The notes beneath the pieces were generated by a model that made no database searches, was not told the origin of the DNA, and saw only the letters and a list, made by a program, of their open reading frames with translations. A stretch of DNA of 64,000 nucleotides. Source: Antedon mediterranea (Eukaryota; Animalia; Echinodermata). The stretch covers positions 62,001 through 126,000 of the forward strand of contig NC_092672.1 of NCBI RefSeq assembly GCF_964355755.1, written 5' to 3'. The translations under genes were made by a program, and so were the position numbers. Positions 1 through 12,900 of this stretch are shown here, piece by piece. Position 1 is the stretch's first letter; each line of letters begins with the position of its first letter.

Positions 1-277
1 CTATTAAATCTTAACACCTAAATATAAAAATACTATTTTCTTTCAACGACTCCAATACTTAATTGATGTAATTTCAGTGACAACACAAGCAGTCAAATGT
101 CCGACAATAATATTTTAATCCTAATTAGAAACAAAATAGATTTGACATTGAATAAATAGAATACTAGCAACTATTCAAGTGGAGTAGTAAAATGTTGGAT
201 AATGCAACATAATGCGTAACTCATACCATATACTATTAATGTGTGAAATAAAAGAACTATTGAAATTTCAGTGGAAA

Positions 278-422
278 AAAGAATAAGCTATCTTAATTTT
301 AACACAATTACTTAACCTGATCTGAAGAAGAATCATCGCTGAACTGCTAACAAAAGAATAAGCTATCTTAATTTTAACACAATTACTTAACCTGATCTGA
401 AGAGGAATCATCGCTGCTAACA
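278..422. repeat. Two-copy ~72-bp direct duplication downstream of the SBNO stop (probable 3' UTR)
   Basis: aaaagaataagctatcttaattttaacacaattacttaacctgatctgaag occurs twice in tandem. Confidence 0.8.
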
Positions 423-1208
423 AGATCATAACAATACTGTTAACTGTTTACATAAACTGAAACACACACAATTAGTTACAAACTTTGTACTATGTTGTTT
501 AAACATAACAGCATTTCTAGGAAGTGAGCTCAAGTATTTCACCAAACGAACAATAAACGTCATATGAAGCAGATAAAATGTGTTTTTTAATATTTTGAGT
601 ATTCATAACTTTTGATTTGGTAGTGAATAATTTAATTAAAATTTCTAAAATGTTTAAAATTTACATTTTGAATTCCAAAAAAAATATAAAGTAAGCACTT
701 AATAAAAGTTGCTCATAGATGGTTTTCTAAAAAGATAGTTTATTATAAAAATTCTGTTTTTGATCACCATATTATGTCCCAACAAATGCTGTTTTTGATC
801 ACCATATGTCCCAACAAAGATATTTGAAAAACATAAGATACCAAGACATCATCAATATACTACTACTTATATTTTTTAATGGCAATAACTAAAACAAAAA
901 ATATTTCTAGAATATTCCAATAAAGAAAGTAAACTTTTGAAAATCGCCTTTTAGTTTTTTCAATTCAATGCTGACTCAATAGGTTCATTTGTTGCACTGA
1001 TCGACTTCAGTTTTGGCTCAATAAGTTGACTATAGGTTCATTTGATGCACTGATAGATTTGTGGCTCAATAAGTATTGTTTTCAGAATACAGTATAAAGA
1101 ATACAAAACGTTTTTTTCATGATTTAGTTGTTTTCAACAATTCACAATGTTTAGTTTCAGGGAAGTTGACTGTATATTCTTGACTGTATTCTTCTTGGTT
1201 TTTTAATA

Positions 1209-4200
1209 TCAAAGTACTGCACTATCTGCACTGTTAAATTGTTTACTATATGTTGTTGCACCAACAGAGAGTTTAGCAATCAGGGCTGGTACACAGTTTT
1301 TTGGTATGAGGCAACCTGTAATAAAAGAATCAAACAAATATAATAATTAGTTTGGTGAGGTTATCATCATACATATCCATAAAGTGCTTGACAACAATTA
1401 GAGGATTTATATATACAATAAAAGGAGTAATGGAGTTATCGCTCTATCTTACCTACAAGTTTGGCTCCATCATCAGTTTTTAATCTTAAGATTTGCATTT
1501 TTGAATGGGGACCTGTTGCAGTTGCTAAAATGTCTTCAACCTTTGACCAAACACTTAAAACGGATCCACTAAGAATATAGTAAGTGCGCCTCCTTAAACC
1601 TACTTCACACGACTGATATACCATGTACCTTTTACAATTACCTCTCCTAATTAAAACAAAAGCATATATATTTGTTGTGAAACAGTAAAAATAAATAGTT
1701 ATATTATATACTATGAGGCTAGCATAGATAACTTTTCAAACAATTTCTAGATTGCTATGGTGGTGACTGGTTAGCATAGATAACTTTTTAGACAATTTCT
1801 AGTTTGCTATGGGGATCCATAGTTCTTGGTGATGACTGGTTAGCATAGATAACTTTTTAGACAATTTCTAGTTTGCTATGGGGATCCATAGTTCTTGGTG
1901 ATGACTGGTTAGCATAGATAACTTTTCAAACAATTTCTAGTTTGCTATGGGGATCCATAGTTCTTGGTGATGACTGGTTAGCATAGATAAATTTTCAAAC
2001 AATTTCTAGTTTGCTATGGGGATCCATAGTTCTTGGTGGTGACTGGTTAGCATAGATAACTTTTTAGACAATTTCTAGTTTGCTATGGGGGATCCATAGT
2101 TCTTGGTGGTGACTGGTTAGCATAGATAACTTTTCAAACAATTTCTAGTTTGCTATGGGGATCCATAGTTCTTGGTGATGACTGGTTAGCATAGATAACT
2201 TTTCAAACAATTTCTAGTTTGCTATGGGGATCCATAGTTCTTGGTGATGACTGGTTAGCATAGATAACTTTTCAAACAATTTCTAGTTTGCTATGGGGAT
2301 CCATAGTTCTTGGTGGTGACTGGTTAGCATAGATAACTTTTCAAACAATTTCTAGTTTGCTATGGGGATCCATAGTTCTTGGTGATGACTGGTTAGCATA
2401 GATAACTTTTCAAACAATTTCTAGTTTGCTATGGGGATCCATAGTTCTTGGTGGTGACTGGTTAGCATAGATAACTTTTCAAACAATTTCTAGTTTGCTA
2501 TGGGGGATCCATAGTTCTTGGTGGTGACTGGTTAGCATAGATAACTTTTTAGACAATTTCTAGTTTGCTATGGGGATCCATAGTTCTTGGTGGTGACTGG
2601 TTAGCATAGATAACTTTTTAGACAATTTCTAGTTTGCTATGGGGATCCATAGTTCTTGGTGATGACTGGTTAGCATAGATAACTTTTTAGACAATTTCTA
2701 GTTTGCTATGGGGATCCATAGTTCTTGGTGGTGACTGGTTAGCATAGATAACTTTTTAGACAATTTCTAGTTTGCTATGGGGATCCATAGTTCTTGGTGA
2801 TGACTGGTTAGCATAGATAACTTTTTAGACAATTTCTAGTTTGCTATGGGGATCCATAGTTCTTGGTGATGACTGGTTAGCATAGATAACTTTTTAGACA
2901 ATTTCTAGTTTGCTATGGGGATCCATAGTTCTTGGTGGTGACTGGTTAGCATAGATAACTTTTTAGACAATTTCTAGTTTGCTATGGGGGATCCATAGTT
3001 CTTGGTGATGACTGGTTAGCATAGATAACTTTTTAGACAATTTCTAGTTTGCTATGGGGATCCATAGTTCTTGGTGGTGACTGGTTAGCATAGATAACTT
3101 TTTAGACAATTTCTAGTTTGCTATGGGGGATCCATAGTTCTTGGTGATGACTGGTTAGCATAGATAACTTTTTAGACAATTTCTAGTTTGCTATGGGGAT
3201 CCATAGTTCTTGGTGGTGACTGGTTAGCATAGATAACTTTTTAGACAATTTCTAGTTTGCTATGGGGATCCATAGTTCTTGGTGATGACTGGTTAGCATA
3301 GATAACTTTTTAGACAATTTCTAGTTTGCTATGGGGGATCCATAGTTCTTGGTGGTGACTGGTTAGCATAGATAACTTTTTAGACAATTTCTAGTTTGCT
3401 ATGGGGGATCCATAGTTCTTGGTGATGACTGGTTAGCATAGATAACTTTTTAGACAATTTCTAGTTTGCTATGGGGATCCATAGTTCTTGGTGGTGACTG
3501 GTTAGCATAGATAACTTTTTAGACAATTTCTAGTTTGCTATGGGGATCCATAGTTCTTGGTGATGACTGGTTAGCATAGATAACTTTTTAGACAATTTCT
3601 AGTTTGCTATGGGGGATCCATAGTTCTTGGTGGTGACTGGTTAGCATAGATAACTTTTTAGACAATTTCTAGTTTGCTATGGGGATCCATAGTTCTTGGT
3701 GATGACTGGTTAGCATAGATAACTTTTTAGACAATTTCTAGTTTGCTATGGGGATCCATAGTTCTTGGTGATGACTGGTTAGCATAGATAACTTTTTAGA
3801 CAATTTCTAGTTTGCTATGGGGATCCATAGTTCTTGGTGATGACTGGTTAGCATAGATAACTTTTCAAACAATTTCTAGTTTGCTATGGGGGATCCATAG
3901 TTCTTGGTGGTGACTGGTTAGCATAGATAACTTTTTAGACAATTTCTAGTTTGCTATGGGGATCCATAGTTCTTGGTGGTGACTGGTTAGCATAGATAAC
4001 TTTTCAAACAATTTCTAGTTTGCTATGGGGGATCCATAGTTCTTGGTGGTGACTGGTTAGCATAGATAACTTTTCAAACAATTTCTAGTTTGCTATGGGG
4101 GATCCATAGTTCTTGGTGATGACTGGTTAGCATAGATAACTTTTTAGACAATTTCTAGTTTGCTATGGGGGATCCATAGTTCTTGGTGGTGACTGGTTAG

Positions 4201-6925
4201 CATAGATAACTTTTTAGACAATTTCTAGTTTGCTATGGGGATCCATAGTTCTTGGTGGTGACTGGTTAGCATAGATAACTTTTCAAACAATTTCTAGTTT
4301 GCTATGGGGGATCCATAGTTCTTGGTGGTGACTGGTTAGCATAGATAACTTTTCAAACAATTTCTAGTTTGCTATGGGGGATCCATAGTTCTTGGTGATG
4401 ACTGGTTAGCATAGATAACTTTTTAGACAATTTCTAGTTTGCTATGGGGGATCCATAGTTCTTGGTGGTGACTGGTTAGCATAGATAACTTTTTAGACAA
4501 TTTCTAGTTTGCTATGGGGGATCCATAGTTCTTGGTGGTGACTGGTTAGCATAGATAACTTTTTAGACAATTTCTAGTTTGCTATGGGGGATCCATAGTT
4601 CTTGGTGGTGACTGGTTAGCATAGATAACTTTTTAGAAAATAATACTTTTCAATTTTCAGTTAAAAACCTTATGCAGTCTTTGTTAAAGGTTTTGAATTG
4701 ACTTTTTACTAACAAAATAAATAAGCATTACTAACCAATAAGCATGACTACATTGGCTTGCTGATGAGTTGTACTGTAATTTCCAATCTTTTTCTGCTGC
4801 CTTTGGTAAAACCTTTTGGTATTTCTTTTTGATTTCTTGCATGGATTCTAGTTTCCCTTGTAAGCCAGTGTTTGGTCGAAATATTTGATACAAATTCTTT
4901 TTGACACCTTTAGCTGCTTTCACAAATATTGCCATCCTTTTACCATTTCGCATCTACACAATAAAAAAACAATATTTTGTATTTGTTAACAATGGAAAGC
5001 ATATAAATGCAGATACATTACACCAGCCTTTAAAAAGAGACATTCTACATACCTGATTAGACAAGAAGAATCCTTCTTCAACTGTACGTAATTCTTGCCA
5101 CATAGTAGAAACGGTTTCAAATGGTAAGCCACGTTCAGAACTAACCTGTAGGATACACAAGAACTTTTTATTTATTATGTCCATGTACTTACAAGTAATA
5201 CAAACACAAAAGAACACAGTTATTATAACCATCACTCACAGTAAAAGAACAACAAATATTTATTAACTTGGCATTACCTTATTCAGTTCAGTTGTGGCTG
5301 TTCCAGTTGAAAAACTGCCTATAAATGTTCTTGCCTCTAATTTCTTTACATTTTCTCCTTCAGATCCAAGATCTATTGTTGATTAGAATTGTGATCATTA
5401 CAATATTACAATTAGAATTTTAAATTGTATATAAAAGTTAATGTACATAATAAAACAGTATCATACCAAGTATACCCATGTCCCAGACACCATCTTTCTT
5501 TGCATTGTTAATTATATGGTTGAGGGTATCCATGAAATACTGGAATAACTTGTTCTGCAGATCTACTTGAATTCCTAGGATACGATTTAAGAACTTGGAT
5601 ATGCTAGTGTAATCTGAAATACAGATATACATGAATCAGGATGTGTTATTTAAGCAAGTATATGTACAATGGTTCAATCTTTATATGTTATATACAAGAT
5701 TATGATTACCTTTGTCAAGTGAAGCATTTTCTAATTGCTCATCTTTAATCAACATCCCAACACCAATTAAAGCTTGTTGAATATCTGTAAGAACAAAACA
5801 ATTGTTTGGCAGTTACATTCAATGAACCGAAAAATGAGATATTAAAACACTAGATTTTGTATTTATTCTGATTTTTTAACATTTTTGGTATTATAAAAAG
5901 TACAAGTTAAGAATAAAAAATATTATTATCTTAAACCTTTAGAAGACCCACATACAGGATGTATGAGTAAAATAAAAGTAGGTAAAGTACTTGCCTTTAA
6001 AGAACGAGCTATTTGCACCGCCAGGAGGTATAACCAAGGGTCTATCCAATCCCACAATGCTCTTCATTGTAGTCTCCAGAGCTGTCCTTCCATACTTTAA
6101 ACATTACAATCACAAAATATCACAATTTAGACAAAATCTAACATGTATTAAATTAAACTACTACTTTCAACTCAGTATTCTGTACTAGTTGCTTCCATTA
6201 CATTTTATAAACATGATTTACTGCAACAATGACACTTTGGAAATTAAGAGTAAAAGTATTTAGTTTTGTTGTATCCAAAAACGAGTAAATAATTAATCAA
6301 GTACAAACAAGTATGCATTCATATATTTTGTAAACAGTCTGTTTTTTTAGACTGTTGTTGTCAGTTTGGCCTGATGTCACCTCGGTGTTATTTGGATTTA
6401 AATGAAATTTATGGGAAAATCTTACCTTATTATCAATATTAAATCGACTTAGATCTCTTGTTTCAACAGCTCTTCTGTCTCCATGTGTTAAGGCACCCTA
6501 AAAACGATATAATTTTGATAACTGATTACTAAGTATTATAGGTACTGATTGCTAAGTACACTACTAGTTAAATGGAACATGTTTCAGACTGTTGAAATCG
6601 TTAGTTATTATAGTTATTAATGAATTATTACTTTCTTTACTCTACTTTGTTCACCCAAATGGCGTTTATCTCACGCTGCATAGCGGCACTATGATTGTTT
6701 ATACTCACTAAACTTTCAAGTCTTTTAGCAACAATTGAAGCAAAGCGATGTTCTCCTGCAAGTTCTGATATAAGGAATAAATACTCAGGTGCAGTGACCT
6801 GATTTGAACGATGCGTCCGACCTGTTCAACAAAGAAGAAACACGTTCATCTAACACTAAGTTCACCTTAATTAAATTCAGTCCAAACAAATGTATACAAA
6901 TTATCATTGAAACAGTCATAACTTA

Positions 6926-6962
<37 letters not shown>

Positions 6963-9900
6963 GAAACGATAAAGATGAGGAAATCTGTGAGAATGAGAAA
7001 AAGTCGCCCCAACCGAGACTCGAACTCGGACCGCCTGCTTGATATGCAGATGTCCTAACCATTAGACCACTGGGGCTTTCATGGTATTGTTCGAACTCGA
7101 TTGGATAACGACTCTTTAACATTCTCGGCGTGGTACGGCGGAACAGCACTAGTCCTCAGTTGTACGCACGCGCAACAATCCCGCCTCGTGAATAAAAATA
7201 CTGAAAGATGAGGGCGTATCAACTGAGGACTAGTGCTGTTCCGCCGTACCACGCCGAGAATGTTAAAGAGTCGTTATCCAATCGAGTTCGAACAATACCA
7301 TGAAAGCCCCAGTGGTCTAATGGTTAGGACATCTGCATATCAAGCAGGCGGTCCGAGTTCGAGTCTCGGTTGGGGCGACTTTTTCTCATTCTCACAGATT
7401 TCCTCATCTTTATCGTTTCAAATTAATTAATTAAATTTCAGTATATCACCGGGCGGTTTAGAATTAATGTTCTTTGCCTCTTGTGTTTATATATATATAT
7501 ATATATATATATAAACACAACAGGCATAGAAATAAATTCCAATTACCACCCGGTGATACACTGAAAATTATTTAATTAATTTTTGAAACGATATATATAT
7601 ATATATATATATCATTATTTACTATGACGTTATCCAAATTCCTTCACTTTCACTGATAAAGGGCTAGTGTTGCCCGAAAGCTCTCCTTATTTTTCTGGAT
7701 GTTTTACTTTATCATTTTGATTTAGCTTTTCGCTTTTTTTTTTTAATTCAACAACAACATTTATTTAGAAACCAGTTCATAAAATAAAAACAGCATAGAT
7801 TAAAAAACAATAACTTAAGATGGTAACATTAAAAAGAACGGTTTCAGGGATCAGAAAAAGAAGTTAAAAAACTTGTCAAAAACCAACCCCTAACACAAAC
7901 AACAAAAGAGCAAACTGCAAGACAAATCATTTTTGTATCTCCATTGAGATCCAGCCTACCAACAGCATTGTCATTTTTTTTAGTAATTTGCCTTTGGATA
8001 TATATCATTATTTATATTCTTATAATTTTTTACAATAATAAATAATAAAGCAATATTTTGTCGTTCACTTTCCTACTTTAATATTACAAATAGTAAAAAA
8101 CCAAGATCGTGGCAATTGTGGACAAAACTGAGTTACAACATATTGAGAATAACCAAATTGTTGAACAGCTCTATCAGCACTCCATGGAAGCTCCAATGTA
8201 ATAACTATGCCATCCACTTTTATATTACAAATACTGATAATTGTGACAAAACTGAGTTACAACATATTGAGAATAACCAAATTGTTGAACAGCTCTATCA
8301 GCACTCCATGGAAGCTCCAATGTAATAACTATGCCATCCACTTTAATATTACAAATACTGATAATTGTGACAAAACTGAGTTACAACATATTGAGAATAA
8401 CCAAATTGTTGAACAGCTCTATCAGCACTCCATGGAAGCTCCAATGTAATAACTATGCCATCCACTTTAATATTACAAATACTGACAATTGTGGACAAAA
8501 ATGAGTTACAACATATTTAGACTAACCAAATTGTTGAACAGCTCTATCAGCACTCCATGGAAGCTCCAATGTAATATGTACTCTTCGTCGTTGATTCTTT
8601 ACCCTTCTGTCTGCTTGAAGTGAGATACCAGAGCTTGCTGCCTCAGAAATTACAGCAACAAACTAAAGAAAAGAGAAAGAAATGTCTGTTTTTATCAAAC
8701 TCTATTAAACATACAAGGACTGCACAACGAAAAACATTACAAAACAAAATTGTCCAAATATTGATGAGAAAAATTAATTACATACCATATTGTTCTTAAT
8801 AAACGCCCCCTTCATTTTTTTTTTCATTATCTAATTAACACACCTTAGTGCCCAATCTATATAAACAGAGGATTCTCACATTTAGAATTGGTTTTCAGCC
8901 CGGAAAGTCACATTTTTTAGCGACTGTGATAACGATGTACGCTAACAGCGTGACAAAACATGTAGGCATACACCGGGCGCGTATGGTAATTCGCGCGTGT
9001 AGGACACTGGACGTTTTTTTTAAATTCGCGACAACATACATTGCTGGTCTTTAAAAACCAGGAAAACAACGGGGATCAGACAATCGCATGTTTATTCACA
9101 CAACACGGAATCGATACAAGGTGTCTGGTTTTATGAATCCCTTTCGTTAGAATTTTTCATCAAGTTGAGGGCGGATTTCAATAAACGCAACGCCTACGAT
9201 AAACACGCTGTTTCTGTTGTGAAGGATAACGAAGAACGCTGCATCGTTGGCCATTTGTCATAAGAGCAATCCAAGATTTTTAATCTTTTTTTTTTAAAGA
9301 TAAAGGCGAAGTAAAAGTATAAATTACAGCTAAACGCAGGCACAGTAGCATAGCAGGGAGTTTGGAGGTACCCTGTGAACTTATTTGTTGCACACCCTAA
9401 AAAACATTGATTGACCGTCTGAAGCAACTTGTTTAGGGTAGCCTAGGCAGGCCTCATATAGGCCTTGGCTCTATTTATGATTTTTACATTTCACCCCTAA
9501 CAAACGCTCCCCTTTTAAAAAAATGCAACGCCCCGAGGGCGTTTATTAGGAACAATACGGTAGTCATATACCTTCAAAACAACAGTATAATATTTTCTCC
9601 ATGTAGATAAGAAATTGTAGAAAACATATTTATTATTAATAATATTAAAATGTACCTTCTTTGCATCCATAAATCGTTTCTTTTCTGTTAAGTTGAGAAT
9701 TTCTAAAGGAATGTCAGACTCACTACGTGCTTCATATTGAACATTCCCATCTTCTTTGCTAACTACACGTCCTTTACGACCTGTCATCTAGAAAACAATC
9801 CAATACCTCTTTTTGAGTAACATTACTTGCCACAAAGTTTTTTAAAAGTATTACAGTAATACAATAAACAATAATATCAAGTTGACAACCATACCTCTGC

Positions 9901-12900
9901 AACATTTTCTGGACCACCAAGACTATCAATAAGCTCATCAAGAGTGTTGGGTGGTAGTTCAGTTGACATCTCTTCAAGTTCATCTAAAAGTTCTTGTTTC
10001 ATTAACTGAGCTTTTTCTATTGCATCCATGCCTGGCAAGAAAGGTGATGACGATGATGTTGAAAGTAGAGGGGCTAATGAAAAAAGAAACAAATTATACA
10101 ATCATTTTAGATACTGTGTAAAAAATAAGGTACCATTATTGTAAACACTATGACACTTAACCATAGAGGTACTATTGTAAACACTATGACACTTACCAAT
10201 AGAGGTACTATTGTAAACACTATGACACTTACCAATAGAGGTACTATTGCAAACACTATGACACTTAACCATAGAGGTACTATTGTAAACACTATGACAC
10301 TTACCAATAGAGGTACTATTATAAACACTATGACACTTACCAATAGAGGTACTATTGTAAACACTATGACACTTACCAATAGAGGTACTATTGTAAACAC
10401 TATGACTTAACCACTTACCAATAGAGGTATTATTGTAAACACTATGACACTTACCAATAGAGGTACTATTGTAAACACTATGACACTTACCAATAGAGGT
10501 ACTATTGTAAACACTATGACACCAATAGAGGTACTATTGTAAACACTATGACACTTACCAATAGAGGTACTATTGTAAACACTATGACACCAATAGAGGT
10601 ACTATTGTAAACACTATGACACTTACCAATAGAGGTACTATTGTAAACACAATGACACTTACCAATAGAGGTACTATTGTAAACACTATGACACTTACCA
10701 ATAGAGGTACTATTGTAAACACTATGACACTTACCAATAGAGGTACTATTGTAAACACTATGACACTTACCAATAGAGGTATTATTGTAAACACTATGAC
10801 ACCAATAGAGGTACTATTGTAAACACTATGACACTTACCAATAGAGGTACTATTGTAAACACTATGACACTTACCAATAGAGGTACTATTGTAAACACTA
10901 TGACACTTACCAATAGAGGTACTATTGTAAACACTATGACACTTACCAATAGAGGTATTATTGTAAACACTATGACACCAATAGAGGTACTATTGTAAAC
11001 ACTATGACACTTACCAATAGAGGTACTATTGTAAACACTATGACACTTACCAATAGAGGTACTATTGTAAACACTATGACACTTACCAATAGAGGTACTA
11101 TTGTAAACACTATGACACTTACCAATAGAGGTACTATTGTAAACACTATGACACCAATAGAGGTACTATTGTAAACACTATGACACTTACCAATAGAGGT
11201 ACTATTGTAAACACTATGACACTTACCAATAGAGGTACTATTGTAAACACTATGACACTTACCAATAGAGGTACTATTGTAATCACTATGACACTTACCA
11301 ATAGAGGTACTATTGTAAACACTATGACACTTACCAATAGAGGTACTATTGTAAACACTATGACACTTAACCATAGAGGTACTATTGTAAACACTATGAC
11401 ACTTACCAATAGAGGTACTATTGTAAACACTATGACTTAACCACTTACCAATAGAGGTATTATTGTAAACACTATGACACTTACCAATAGAGGTACTATT
11501 GTAAACACTATGACACTTACCAATAGAGGTACTATTGTAAACACAATGACACTTACCAATAGAGGTACTATTGTAAACACAATGACACCAATAGAGGTAC
11601 TATTGTAAACACTATGACACTTACCAATAGAGGTACTATTGTAAACACTATGACACTTACCAATAGAGGTACTATTGTAAACACTATGACACTTACCAAT
11701 AGAGGTACTATTGTAAACACTATGACACTTACCAATAGAGGTACTATTGTAAACACTATGACACTTACCAATAGAGGTACTATTGTAAACACTATGACAC
11801 TTACCAATAGAGGTACTATTGTAAACACAATGACACTTACCAATAGAGGTACTATTGTAAACACTATGACACCAATAGAGGTACTATTGTAAACACTATG
11901 ACACTTACCAATAGAGGTACTATTGTAAACACTATGACACTTACCAATAGAGGTACTATTGTAAACACTATGACACCAATAGAGGTACTATTGTAAACAC
12001 TATGACACTTACCAATAGAGGTACTATTGTAAACACTATGACACTTACCAATAGAGGTACTATTGTAAACACTATGACACTTACCAATAGAGGTACTATT
12101 GTAAACACTATGACACTTAACCATAGAGGTACTATTGTAAACACTATGACACTTACCAATAGAGGTACTATTGTAAACACTATGACTTAACCACTTACCA
12201 ATAGAGGTATTATTGTAAACACTATGACACTTACCAATAGAGGTACTATTGTAAACACTATGACACTTACCAATAGAGGTACTATTGTAAACACAATGAC
12301 ACTTACCAATAGAGGTACTATTGTAAACACTATGACACTTACCAATAGAGGTACTATTGTAAACACTATGACACTTACCAATAGAGGTACTATTATAAAC
12401 ACTATGACACTTACCAATAGAGGTACTATTGTAAACACTATGACACTTACCAATAGAGGTACTATTGTAAACACAATGACACTTACCAATAGAGGTACTA
12501 TTGTAAACACTATGACACTTACCAATAGAGGTACTATTGTAAACACTATGACACTTACCAATAGAGGTACTATTGTAAACACAATGACACTTACCAATAG
12601 AGGTACTATTGTAAACACTATGACACTTACCAATAGAGGTACTATTGTAAACACTATGACACTTACCAATAGAGGTACTATTGTAAACACTATGACACCA
12701 ATAGAGGTACTATTGTAAACACAATGACACTTACCAATAGAGGTACTATTGTAAACACTATGACACTTACCAATAGAGGTACTATTGTAAACACTATGAC
12801 ACTTACCAATAGAGGTACTATTGTAAACACTATGACACTTACCAATAGAGGTACTATTGTAAACACTATGACACTTACCAATAGAGGTACTATTGTAAAC

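Larger units (their letters stand above)
6957..7425. repeat. Perfect inverted repeat: 206-bp arms (6957-7162 and 7220-7425), 57-bp spacer, abutting (TA)n
   Basis: Arms are exact reverse complements (paired coordinates sum to 14382); (TA)n tract at ~6930-6958. Confidence 0.95.

Noticed and set aside
1720-4640. CRISPR-like array (also 59259-61382 and other arrays)
   Set aside because: Units are contiguous with no unique spacers; no cas genes; eukaryotic intronic context.
6916-7430. Two identical short ORFs (MLFRRTTPR...) on opposite strands
   Set aside because: Simple consequence of the inverted repeat; GTG starts, and they overlap the tRNA-like sequence.
7653-7735. Functional hammerhead ribozyme
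   Set aside because: Core deviates (CTGATAA) and no stem I pairing was found; kept only as a low-interest relic.
7735-7900. Possible 3' end of a LINE (poly-T plus minus-strand AATAAA)
   Set aside because: No coding similarity or TSD visible; too weak to call.
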